Shown: piece after piece, positions 54,615-63,697 of the stretch
How the letters are laid out: the number at the start of each line of letters is the position of its first letter
Numbering within the stretch: the first letter of the stretch is position 1
From: Chthonomonadales bacterium
Lineage (GTDB): Bacteria > Armatimonadota > Chthonomonadetes > Chthonomonadales > CAJBBX01
Assembly: GCA_013360745.1 (NCBI GenBank)
Contig: JABWBA010000004.1
Coordinates: 13,275 to 77,274 of the forward strand
Direction: 5' to 3'
DNA: 64,000 bases
Made by a program: the position numbers and the translations under genes
The notes under the pieces: generated by a model
The model's input: only the letters and a program-made list of their open reading frames with translations
Database searches by the model: none
Told to the model about the DNA's origin: nothing

Positions 54615-57035
54615 ATGTTGATGAGATACACCGAAGTTCGACGGCGGATGGCCTTCATCATTGCCCTATCGCCGCTTGCGTTCCTACCCGCGGCGGAAGC
54701 GAGCTCGCCTGTCAGGGCCGGACAGGCATCCAGGATCACCTCAGCCGAGGTCTTGAAACGACTGGAGACAGCAAGAAAGGCGTACAGTCAAGGTGATTAT
54801 GCCGCCATCCTTCTCGCCACCCAGCGCATTGTGGAGAGTCCCGTTCTGAGCAAGACCACGAGCGAAGGGCAACCTGTGGCAAGCGAAATCTGGTTCTATC
54901 ATGGCTGGGCTTGTCTGCAATCTGGTAATACGCACGGCGCGCGCACCTACCTGCGAAAGAGCGCTTCGACTGGCGAGAATCGCTGGGCCAAACAATCCGC
55001 TGAACTGCTTGGCGATCTCGATACCAGTGATCTCGATCGCGCTGTATCGAGGCTCATCGACTACCTCAGCAAGAACGCGTATGACCAGGCTCGTAATGCC
55101 TTGAAAGTAGCGCGCCGAGACTATCCGTCTCCACCAACTGGTGTAAAAGAAGACCTTGAGTGCGTCGATGGGATCCTTGCGTGTTATGACGCTGCGGGTC
55201 GCGAGAGCAGAGGCCCTCTAAGAGACTGTCTGCGCCAATACAGCGCTCGACATCCGGATGGCAGGTTGGCTCTGTACGCCTCGAACAAACTGGCTCAGCT
55301 CTCCCGACCAAAGGTGTGCTTTGTTGAACAGGGTCAGGGTCTCCTCGGCTATTCTGAGTACGACGGTACACATCGCGAATGGCTGACAAGCCGCGAACAC
55401 GGCCGTGTTCAGTTCGCTGAGATCGCGGCCGACTCCAACCAATACGCCTTTGTTGCTTGGGCGCCCGATAGCGGCGTCCTGCAAGTCTATGTTGGGCGAA
55501 TGGGCGGATCTGAGACGCCGGCAGTGATATGGAGCAAGCGGGTGCCCGAAGCGGCCATCGCCCGGCCAGTCGTTCGCGATCTGCGATGGACGCCAACGCC
55601 GGAACGACAATCACTCGCGTTTATCGCCCCAACAGCGAATGATGAAATAGCCGTGTGGCTGTGGAACTCCGGAGATCGAAGGGCCGAGAGTCTGGAGGGC
55701 AGTGTCACGCCGCCTGACAGCGCAGAACAAAGCTCGTTTCGCTGGTCTCCCGACGGTCACTACCTGGCATATCTCGACGGAGGTCGTTTCCTTCGCGTGG
55801 TTCGCAGAGACCGTACCGGTGTCGGCGGGGGCAAGCGGATCACGACGGCCAGTGAGGTTCTGGACTTCACCTGGGCACGATCTCCCGATGTCGGCGCCGA
55901 ACCGGTTCTGATCGGCCTTACGAGGGGTGGCGTCTTTATGGCCAGCGTCCTGGGCGGGGATATTAGAGTCGACGCTTTGGAGTTAACCATGTCGGAACCA
56001 TCGGCGCCGGCAGGTGGGATCGCTCCGACGCCGCAGACACGCGTGGCGACCTGTGCCGTAACCGCAGCAGATGTTGTTACAGCGGATAAGGAGCGGACGC
56101 TGGGTTCCATCGGACTATCCTGCAGAGCGGACACCGGAATGGTCGCGGTCGGCGAGACGACTCTGTACCTGAATCCTGAGGCGCGACGCGAGGTTGAATC
56201 CAAACTGCTGAAACAGATCGGGAAGCAGACGGGCAAGGTAAAGATCGACCTGAATCGGGCGATCGTCGTCGATATCCAGTTCGATCGCTATGTCTACGAC
56301 GCTGCGACCCAGACAGGCCGTCTCGACGGCATCCGCGTACGCGGCATCCGTACGGATATTAGCCCGGATAATGTCTCACGCCTTTCCGATCTCGGGCCAG
56401 CCGTGGTGCAGCTCCCGCCGGAGGAATGGGAGAAGCGATCTCGCATCGATGTCTCCAGCGATGGTTCGTATGCGTCTCTCTTCGATGAAAAGAGCCAGAC
56501 CGCCTATATCTACGGCCTTGCTCCGTTCCGAGAACTGGATCGCCTGAAGGGCGTGAGCGACGTTAAGTTCGCCCCTCAAGGCCCCTTCCTCGCCTTTCGA
56601 TCGCCTGACGGTCTCTATCTTGCGCCGAACCCGTCGACCGCGAGTAAGCTTCACTATCGCATCGCAGGGTCCGGTGCGGGTACGGGTTTCGAGTGGTCGC
56701 CCGCCGGCAACGAACTGGTCCGCTGGGGCGACGTCGGGAGTAGCGTCAAAGCCGTCTATATGAACCAGGTTCTCTACGGCTGCGAGGGCCCTCCAAAAGA
56801 GACCGCGGCGCTGTATCCAACCGGCGTCTATGAGAAGTGCCGTTTTGCCCCGGATGGGACCATGGTCGCGCTGCAACGAAAGGAACGCCAGAGCGGCAAC
56901 TCCGAAGAGACCGCCGGCGTCTACACGATGATTAGGGGACGCGTCTATACCCCTACCCCGGAAACGGCGCGATTGGTCCGCTTGCCCTTCGACGATCGCA
57001 ACACACTGGTCGGATGGCTCTGGTATCGCGAATGA
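54615..57035 (+). CDS. Hypothetical secreted TPR plus PD40/TolB-like beta-propeller protein
   Basis: Signal-like MAFIIALSPLAFLPAAEA. The N-terminal third is TPR-like, followed by PD40-type blades (FRWSPDGHYLAYLDGG, VKFAPQGPFLAFRSPDG, FEWSPAGNELV, CRFAPDGTMVALQ). Start set at ATG 54615 behind GGAGGT. Confidence 0.6.
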   Translation: MLMRYTEVRRRMAFIIALSPLAFLPAAEASSPVRAGQASRITSAEVLKRLETARKAYSQGDYAAILLATQRIVESPVLSKTTSEGQPVASEIWFYHGWACLQSGNTHGARTYLRKSASTGENRWAKQSAELLGDLDTSDLDRAVSRLIDYLSKNAYDQARNALKVARRDYPSPPTGVKEDLECVDGILACYDAAGRESRGPLRDCLRQYSARHPDGRLALYASNKLAQLSRPKVCFVEQGQGLLGYSEYDGTHREWLTSREHGRVQFAEIAADSNQYAFVAWAPDSGVLQVYVGRMGGSETPAVIWSKRVPEAAIARPVVRDLRWTPTPERQSLAFIAPTANDEIAVWLWNSGDRRAESLEGSVTPPDSAEQSSFRWSPDGHYLAYLDGGRFLRVVRRDRTGVGGGKRITTASEVLDFTWARSPDVGAEPVLIGLTRGGVFMASVLGGDIRVDALELTMSEPSAPAGGIAPTPQTRVATCAVTAADVVTADKERTLGSIGLSCRADTGMVAVGETTLYLNPEARREVESKLLKQIGKQTGKVKIDLNRAIVVDIQFDRYVYDAATQTGRLDGIRVRGIRTDISPDNVSRLSDLGPAVVQLPPEEWEKRSRIDVSSDGSYASLFDEKSQTAYIYGLAPFRELDRLKGVSDVKFAPQGPFLAFRSPDGLYLAPNPSTASKLHYRIAGSGAGTGFEWSPAGNELVRWGDVGSSVKAVYMNQVLYGCEGPPKETAALYPTGVYEKCRFAPDGTMVALQRKERQSGNSEETAGVYTMIRGRVYTPTPETARLVRLPFDDRNTLVGWLWYRE

Positions 57036-57365
57036 GACGGAGAGCGCAGCCCGGACGCGTCTGAAGCCGCCTCCACAAGCCTGTAGGCCCGCGTGCGCCT
57101 TGATGGATCACGCCCAGGATGCCCCCACCGGGGACATTCACGCGAGGGTCACGACCATCGTGCGGCGCTGGTCCCATCAGTCATAGGCTCCCCGAACACT
57201 GCCACTGGACAAATCGCCGATACGCTTATACAATCTACAAGTACGGGATTCGGAGTTAGCCGTCGCAATGCTGGAAGGTTCGATGATCGGCACCTTCGTA
57301 CGCTCTGACATCTGCCAGTTTGCCATTCGGGAGCCGCACACACGGCCGACATTCCGGGGCGCCCT

Positions 57366-58964
57366 GTGCGCAGGTCGCGCACATACCGCTTCGCCCTCCA
57401 CCATTCCCCGGCCATGTGCTTGCATCGAGCAGCACACGGATGGGACATCTCACGACAGTCAGAGCCGCCCGGTCCCTGTCGGACTTTGCAGGAAGACAGG
57501 ATCGGGCGGCGGCGCCGGGTCATAGCCGATAATCCGGGGAGTCATCGAACGAACGCGTGGCGTCGGGTCTTTGCATACACGATATTGGAGTTGGCGTTCG
57601 TATGGCTTGGGCATGGCGCCGCTCTGGCATTGGAGATCGGTCCGATCACGGCTCCGATGCGCGCCGACGATCCACGCCTTGAACAGCGGCTATCCGTTCG
57701 CGCCGGCCGATGGTATGTCGGCGCGCTGTGCGAGCGCATGGCTGACATCACAGAGGGCGCTGTGGTCGCGAACGAGCGCGACGGCGCGGCCGATCCTCGG
57801 GTCATCGCGATTCTGCGGGATATTACGCTCGCCGACGCCATGAATGCGCTTCGCCCGCTTCTGAGCTACAAGGATGCGCCGTACATCTGGGACAGGTACG
57901 GCGACGCGCCGGCCAACCGTTATGTGCTGCGCCGTTCCCTGAATGCGCAACGACTCGCTGCGGAGGTTGACGCGCGCATTCAGGCGGACTTCGAGGCGGA
58001 ATGTGCGAAGCTGCTTCGCTTATCCCGCCTCAACAATGACGATCTAAAGGAGCTTGCCCGGGACGACGCCATGGCCAACAACATGGTGCGATTTCCGCGC
58101 GTAGCGGAGGCCTGGCGAATGCTGGGGGATAGCCTCTCCTCGGACATGCTCAATGCGGTTCTTCGCGGCGCCCAGACGCTGACTTTGACAGTCGCGGACC
58201 TGCCAGCGAGCGGTCAACGCTTTGTGACGACAGTGTGGTCGGAAGGACAGCATACCATCCTCACCCCTGAGGGCGGGCGTGCAGAGGCCCCAGAGCCGAA
58301 GACCATCCGCGTACAGGTGGATCATGTTGGGCCGAGCGCTGCGCCGGTTCTCGTCATTGGCCTCCCCCATGCAGGTGGCTATGGCTATGCAGGAGGGCTC
58401 CCGTTATTGCGCCGTCTGTCCATCGGATATCTTCCAGCCTGGATTCTGCCAGCCGATCGGGCTCGCGATCCCCGTGAGGACGCGGTCCTGCCTCGTCCAT
58501 CGTTCGAGCCGTCTGATCAGCCGCAAACCGAGAACCTTGCATGGCGGCTAACGCAGCTCGCGCGCGCGGCTCGTATCTCCGTCTTCTGCCGTCTCTCACA
58601 TCCCTACGACGCGATGCAGCCGCCCGCTCCCTACGGCCAGGTCCTGTCCGACTGGATCGATGCACTGGGACGTCAGAGGGCGCTGATGCAAACAAAGTGG
58701 CAATCGGATACGCTCCTCATATCATCCTCTGGATGGATAACGCACGACGCTGATCAGACGACATGGCGTACGGAGAAGGCTCTGCGGAAAAGCCTCAGGC
58801 GAAAGGACGGGATGACCTTCCAAGAGGTCGCGGCGCTCGCGGCTTCGATGACCGATCAACAAGCGCTAACCATCGGCGCGGACCATCCTTCACTAGCTTT
58901 CCTTAGGAAGCCGGGGCTATACGCGGCGCTCGGACAGGCGCCGGACCTCATATCCCATGCATAA
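57366..58964 (+). CDS. Hypothetical protein (start uncertain)
   Basis: Long GC3-rich ORF. The first roughly 60 codons are Arg-rich and look non-coding. A hydrophobic segment AYTILELAFVWLGHGAALA suggests a signal or anchor. Possible starts are 57414 (ATG), 57585 (TTG) and 57656 (ATG). I recognise no family. Confidence 0.45.
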   Translation: MRRSRTYRFALHHSPAMCLHRAAHGWDISRQSEPPGPCRTLQEDRIGRRRRVIADNPGSHRTNAWRRVFAYTILELAFVWLGHGAALALEIGPITAPMRADDPRLEQRLSVRAGRWYVGALCERMADITEGAVVANERDGAADPRVIAILRDITLADAMNALRPLLSYKDAPYIWDRYGDAPANRYVLRRSLNAQRLAAEVDARIQADFEAECAKLLRLSRLNNDDLKELARDDAMANNMVRFPRVAEAWRMLGDSLSSDMLNAVLRGAQTLTLTVADLPASGQRFVTTVWSEGQHTILTPEGGRAEAPEPKTIRVQVDHVGPSAAPVLVIGLPHAGGYGYAGGLPLLRRLSIGYLPAWILPADRARDPREDAVLPRPSFEPSDQPQTENLAWRLTQLARAARISVFCRLSHPYDAMQPPAPYGQVLSDWIDALGRQRALMQTKWQSDTLLISSSGWITHDADQTTWRTEKALRKSLRRKDGMTFQEVAALAASMTDQQALTIGADHPSLAFLRKPGLYAALGQAPDLISHA

Positions 58965-58967
58965 TCA

Positions 58968-59252
58968 ATGAACGGCATTCCACTGACCGGCAGGTTCGCC
59001 GAGATCATCGCCCCGAAGAACGACGAAGACGCACAGACTCGCTTGACAGCCTTTCGTATCGTCGAGAAGCCACTGAAACCACTTATCGCCGAAGACGGAA
59101 CGATGAGCCTCGTCGCCGGTAAAGGTCATATCTGGCAGCTCGAGCTCCGGCAGTCGGATGGCGTCTGGCGCCCCCATTCAACCATAGTAAGGCCAAAGGA
59201 GGAAGCCGACGACTCGACCGTCCCGCTTCGTACAACGGGATCGGAAGACTGA
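58968..59252 (+). CDS. Hypothetical 94-aa protein
   Basis: The ATG lies 3 nt after the upstream stop. Coding-like codon usage, but no recognisable family. Confidence 0.35.
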   Translation: MNGIPLTGRFAEIIAPKNDEDAQTRLTAFRIVEKPLKPLIAEDGTMSLVAGKGHIWQLELRQSDGVWRPHSTIVRPKEEADDSTVPLRTTGSED

Positions 59253-59929
59253 CGGGCGAAACGCGGACGGGGACGAACGCCTTTACGGCGAGCTGCACCG
59301 TGGACGGAGAAGGAAATCGGACGAGCCAGACCATCGGAGGCGTAACGACCAGCTTCACCCTCAACGACGACGATGAACTGACGGCGACGAGCGGCGGGTT
59401 CACGAACAGCTACTCCTACAACGCCAACGGCGAGCAGACGGGCCGGACGCTGTCGGGAACGGCCTACACGCTCGAGTACGACTATGAGGGCCAACTCACC
59501 CAGATCACGCAGGGCCAGAACACTACCGACTTCGTCTACGACGCCCTCGGCAGGCGCTGCAGCCGCACGGCCGGCGGAACGACGACGGTCTTCTACTACG
59601 CCGGCGACGCGATCCTTCTGGAGAAGCAGGGCAGCAGCTTCACCGGCGTCTACACCTACGGCAACGCCCTGCTCCGCCGCAACTCCGAATACCCGCTCTA
59701 CGACGGTCACGGATCGGAGCGGACCGTCCCTTCAAGCAACCAGACGGTAACGGGGAGCATCAACTACGAGGCCTTCGGCCAGACTGCCGGGGCGAGCGGA
59801 TCCTCCGACAGTCCCTATATGTACGCGGGAGCTTGGGGCTATCGTACCGACGGCGATGCGGAACGTAGAGCGGCGGCAAGGGAGCCGTCAACCCAGATCA
59901 CCTCCGGGGGCGAGATGAGGCTCTGGTAG
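59231..59929 (+). pseudogene. RHS/YD-repeat protein fragment (truncated at both ends)
   Basis: YD repeats read YNGIGRLTGET, YSYNANGEQTGRT, YTLEYDYEGQLTQIT and FVYDALGRRCSRT, then PYMYAGAWGYRTDGDA. The expected ...RYYDP..GRF core end and toxin domain are missing. Beyond about 59845 the frame is simply the antisense of the convergent gene. No N-terminal RHS region or plausible start is present. Confidence 0.65.
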
Positions 59930-62900
59930 TCCTCCTGCCCCACCGAAGGGGACGCTCCAGCCCCATGGAACCGATAGGCGATCGTGCACGGCTGTTCCTG
60001 CGGCGCGACGAAGCCGATGCCGCCCATGTCGGCGGCGTCCCAATAGGCTAAGCCGTAGAACGTCGTCATGGCAATGCACGTATGCGCCCACGACTGCGAA
60101 CGAACCGTGTACCAACGTGGCGGACCTGAACCGTCGGTCACCCCCTCGGCATCCCCCCGTCCATCGATGGTCGCCCGCCGCTCCCGAGAGTCCTCGTATG
60201 CTCCCCCGGTCGCATAGAAGGCACGGGAGGGCACTCCTACGGCGGGTTGCCATTCTGTTTGCACCTCGATATGAGTCGCTGCGAAGGTGAAACGCTTCGT
60301 GAAGCGGACCCCGGAACGGAGCTCCTTGCGCACTTCGACAACGGTGCGCACCGGGCCATCTGCCAGAATCCGTGTTGATCGCACGGTACCCGGCTCATCG
60401 GTCCAACCGGTTTCCTCGGACGATACCATCAATCGCAGTATCACCGGAATTGCCGCGCGCCCCGCCTGTCGAACGGCGATGTCCCGAACCACGCCATCCG
60501 CCAGCCGCGCCTCATAGGTTTCCGCCCGGACCGCACCGGTCTGCGAATCGTACCATCCACCGCTCGGGGCCATCAGTCGATCGGCCCCGCCTCTGTCGTT
60601 CCAGACGATTCGAAATCGCCGCACGGAACCTCGAGGGAACGGTCCGATTGGCGCGAAACTCAGGTACCTGCCTTCTGCAAGCTCGTCTACCTGCGCAGGG
60701 ACCGGGCCCTTCTTCGGGCCATCCATCGCGACCACGCGCACCGAGGCCGGATCCATCGAAGGCGCCGCCACTGGCAGAATGATCGGAAGGCCGGTCCGGT
60801 CCTGCTCCCCTGCCCGGATCTCCACGACGGCAGCATGGCGCCAACGACGCGAATCGGCTGCAATCGCGGCAGTGAGATCCAGCCGGTTATCACCCGGGCA
60901 CAGGTCGGCGCGGCGGGTGCGCACCACCAGCCGTATCCGCCGAACGCCATCGAGACGATCGGTCGGCACGGTCAGCGAGATGGTTCGAACGTCGTTCGGA
61001 GGGAGGTCGACCCTGGTTCTGGCGAGAAGACGATCGGCCTTTTCGGTCTCGGCATAGGCCAGCACATCGGCCTTCGGCGCCGCAGCATCGCCGAGATTAC
61101 GCAACGTCGCCCTCGCCGTAAGCGGCTCCCCCTGACGGACCGACGGCTTCAGCAGCCTGGATCGGCCTGCCACGACTGAGACGTCGGCCCGTGCGAGGGC
61201 AGGGCCGGCCATGATGCCGTAAAGACCCGCCCGCAGCCTCCCCTGCCCGATCGAGGTGTCCGGCGGAACGGAGCGAAGGGGATTCCCGGCGGAATCGAGG
61301 ATGTAGACGACGCGCCGACCGGCGCCCGCCAGCCGCGCCACCTCAGCCTCGGGGAGTTCCATGCGGCCTGCGCCGGCGAGCCGCACTCGTACGTTGCCGG
61401 GCCCCTCGCGCCACAGGCTGATCGTCCGTGTACCGTCGGACTGGAACCACAACCGCTCCGTTCGCAGGGTGGTCACCGGCTCGCCGTCGCGGAGGACGCG
61501 CGCGAGGGAGATTCGGGGTCCGGCCACGGCATAGCCGTTCTGCGGCAGGGTAAACAGTTTCCCACCGAGCGTAACGCGCCGCGCCTTTGTCCCGAAGTTC
61601 GTGATGCACGTGGTGCCGTCTGCGAACCTCGTCCGCTGCAGGTCACGATCGCCGCCGACAAAGGCATGATCCACCATCGCGGCCTCAGCCACTTCACGAT
61701 GGACGGCCGACGCCACGGTCGCAGTGCGGAGGAAGAGCTCGCGATCCACCGCCCATGCCCCCTCCCGATTGGCCCAGAGCATCGGCATCGTTCCATAGAG
61801 AACGTTGAAGGCTTCCTTCTTCGCCGTCATCTCAGGCGCGGCCTCGATCAGAAAATCGTTGGAATCGCCCCAATACCAGGTCGACACCACGCAGTCATGG
61901 AACGTCAGCTGCCAGAGCGGCGCCCGGTACCTGTGGCCAATACCCCACCTCTCGTAGTTCTCCCACGTATCGACGTCGTAGGGTCCGTCGAACGAATCGG
62001 ATCGATTCCTCGGCCGGATCAGGTGTCCGGCTGGCCACGCGAACTGGTAGCTGCTCATCATCCCTTCGACGTACGATAGATAGGGCGCCCCCCACCAGAT
62101 CCCGTGCTCGCCGCCTACAACAAGCCCGAGGCTTGCCACGGCCGCCAGCAGCCGTTCGCCGCATCGGCGCTTGTCGGCGCGAGTCAGCGGGTGGTCGGGA
62201 TCCCAGCACTCGTAGAGCCCTTCAGCCGTGGTCACATCGATGAACCGCCCGCCGAACGGGAGCGTCCGGAGCCGTTCGGCGATCACCTCCCGGGCGCGGA
62301 TCTCCCAGAGCGACGGGCAGCGCTTCATGTACTGCACCTTTTTGTCATAGGTCAGCCACGCCTTCATCCGCTCTCCGTCCGGGTTCAGCACCGCGGCGCC
62401 GGGCAGAGTGTCGTGGTTCTGATCGGGTCGCTTGCCAGCTTCGACCGGCAGGATATCGGTGTAGTTGTCATACTCCGATGTGAGATAGCCGAGCTCGTTG
62501 ATTCGGCGCATTTCCTCCGGGCCCGGGGCGCCATGGAGCAGCATCCGATCGATCCCTGCGGCCCGAGTCTGACCGGCGAGGTCGATCGTGGCATTGCCCC
62601 AGACGTCCACGGCGCCGTACAGTTGACGCACCCTGGGATTCGCTCGAGCCTTCTCCCGAAGGGGTCTGATGAGACCGTGTGTCGCGGCATAGGCGCGATA
62701 GGACCGGGCCATGGCCACATAGCCTCCGCCTGCCAGAAAGCGATAGAGCACGCGGCGGGGGTAGGCGAAGGTCCCCCGGGAGGGATGCCATCCGATCCTC
62801 GGCAGCGAGAGAGGGAATCCGGCTCCGGACGCCGAGCGTGTGGTGATGTAGGCATCGTCGCTTGTTTCGATGATCGCCAGATAGCCAGCGCCTGTCAGCG

Positions 62901-63447
62901 TGTCGCCGATGCCGAACCAGGGCATGTCGAGACGATCCGCCGAGAGCCAGGTGCGTGGGAACGGATCGAGGGTGAGCGGATAGAGGTGTCCGTCGGTATA
63001 GTCGGCAACCGCCATGTACGCGTCTCGGGTCGCTGGTAGAAAGGCGTCGGGCGCCAGCGCTCCGGTGAACGGACCGGACCGATCCTGCATATCCATAGCT
63101 ACCTGAAGGTCCGCAGGCTCGGGACCAATGCTCAGCCGCACCCGACAATCCCGTCCCCATGACGCCATGACGATGCTGATGCCGCCGTCGTCCCTGTCTA
63201 CGTCCCGAAACGGCTTCCGGTCGTCACGGCCCGCCGGCTCGGGCTGTTTCCAGACGCGACCGCACCGCCTGTCGGTGACCTCGATGGTCCCCGCATCGGG
63301 ATCGACGCGCACGATCAAAGCCGACGATCTAAGGGAGACCGGCTCCAAACAACTCGCCCGTACGCAGGCGACCAGCAGGCCCAATGCAAGCGGCCATACC
63401 ATGGCCTTGGTGGTCAGCGACACTCGGCGATCGGTCGCTCCTCTCAT
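59839..63447 (-). CDS. Large secreted hypothetical protein, glycoside-hydrolase-like N-terminal region plus C-terminal beta-sandwich-like domains
   Basis: Start set at ATG 63447 behind GAAGGAGG, giving a signal peptide (MRGATDRRVSLTTKAMVWPLALGLLVACVRA). The central region reads ...FIDVTTAEGLYECWDPDHPL...LGLVVGGEHGIWWGAPY..., like uncharacterised TIM-barrel hydrolases. 1202 aa. Confidence 0.7.
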   Translation of the reverse strand: MRGATDRRVSLTTKAMVWPLALGLLVACVRASCLEPVSLRSSALIVRVDPDAGTIEVTDRRCGRVWKQPEPAGRDDRKPFRDVDRDDGGISIVMASWGRDCRVRLSIGPEPADLQVAMDMQDRSGPFTGALAPDAFLPATRDAYMAVADYTDGHLYPLTLDPFPRTWLSADRLDMPWFGIGDTLTGAGYLAIIETSDDAYITTRSASGAGFPLSLPRIGWHPSRGTFAYPRRVLYRFLAGGGYVAMARSYRAYAATHGLIRPLREKARANPRVRQLYGAVDVWGNATIDLAGQTRAAGIDRMLLHGAPGPEEMRRINELGYLTSEYDNYTDILPVEAGKRPDQNHDTLPGAAVLNPDGERMKAWLTYDKKVQYMKRCPSLWEIRAREVIAERLRTLPFGGRFIDVTTAEGLYECWDPDHPLTRADKRRCGERLLAAVASLGLVVGGEHGIWWGAPYLSYVEGMMSSYQFAWPAGHLIRPRNRSDSFDGPYDVDTWENYERWGIGHRYRAPLWQLTFHDCVVSTWYWGDSNDFLIEAAPEMTAKKEAFNVLYGTMPMLWANREGAWAVDRELFLRTATVASAVHREVAEAAMVDHAFVGGDRDLQRTRFADGTTCITNFGTKARRVTLGGKLFTLPQNGYAVAGPRISLARVLRDGEPVTTLRTERLWFQSDGTRTISLWREGPGNVRVRLAGAGRMELPEAEVARLAGAGRRVVYILDSAGNPLRSVPPDTSIGQGRLRAGLYGIMAGPALARADVSVVAGRSRLLKPSVRQGEPLTARATLRNLGDAAAPKADVLAYAETEKADRLLARTRVDLPPNDVRTISLTVPTDRLDGVRRIRLVVRTRRADLCPGDNRLDLTAAIAADSRRWRHAAVVEIRAGEQDRTGLPIILPVAAPSMDPASVRVVAMDGPKKGPVPAQVDELAEGRYLSFAPIGPFPRGSVRRFRIVWNDRGGADRLMAPSGGWYDSQTGAVRAETYEARLADGVVRDIAVRQAGRAAIPVILRLMVSSEETGWTDEPGTVRSTRILADGPVRTVVEVRKELRSGVRFTKRFTFAATHIEVQTEWQPAVGVPSRAFYATGGAYEDSRERRATIDGRGDAEGVTDGSGPPRWYTVRSQSWAHTCIAMTTFYGLAYWDAADMGGIGFVAPQEQPCTIAYRFHGAGASPSVGQEDYQSLISPPEVIWVDGSLAAALRSASPSVR

Positions 63448-63604
63448 CTCGGCCTCCTTCGTCTCCGTTTCAGCCGATGCGACTATTCCCCGTCGACCCG
63501 CAACATCCTGCGTAGGGCTCGGCGGCCACGGATCCACCGCCGCGCCTGGGGCCGCCCCGCGCAATCCCTTCCGCGGGCGCCCCGACAGACCCCGAGCGAT
63601 ATAC

Positions 63605-63633
63605 TTGACACCCCCGCAAAGGCAGCGTATAGT
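63605..63633 (+). promoter_or_regulatory. Consensus-like sigma70 promoter for the gene starting at 63698
   Basis: TTGACA (63605-63610), a 17-nt spacer, then TATAGT (63628-63633). Confidence 0.6.
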
Positions 63634-63697
63634 CAAATAGGCGTTCTATCCACATTGATGTCTTGACCGGAATGGTCCACATCAGGAGGATGGACCC

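Noticed and set aside
57255-57300. tRNA-like GGTTCGAT element (T-loop-like)
   Set aside because: The flanking GAAGG...CCTTC arms are separated by 14 nt, not a 7-nt T-loop. No acceptor, D or anticodon arms can be drawn, so it is not a tRNA.
63646-63654. DnaA-box-like CTATCCACA
   Set aside because: It is a single copy with one mismatch, sits inside a promoter/5'-UTR region, and has no cluster of boxes or AT-rich unwinding element nearby. Most likely chance.
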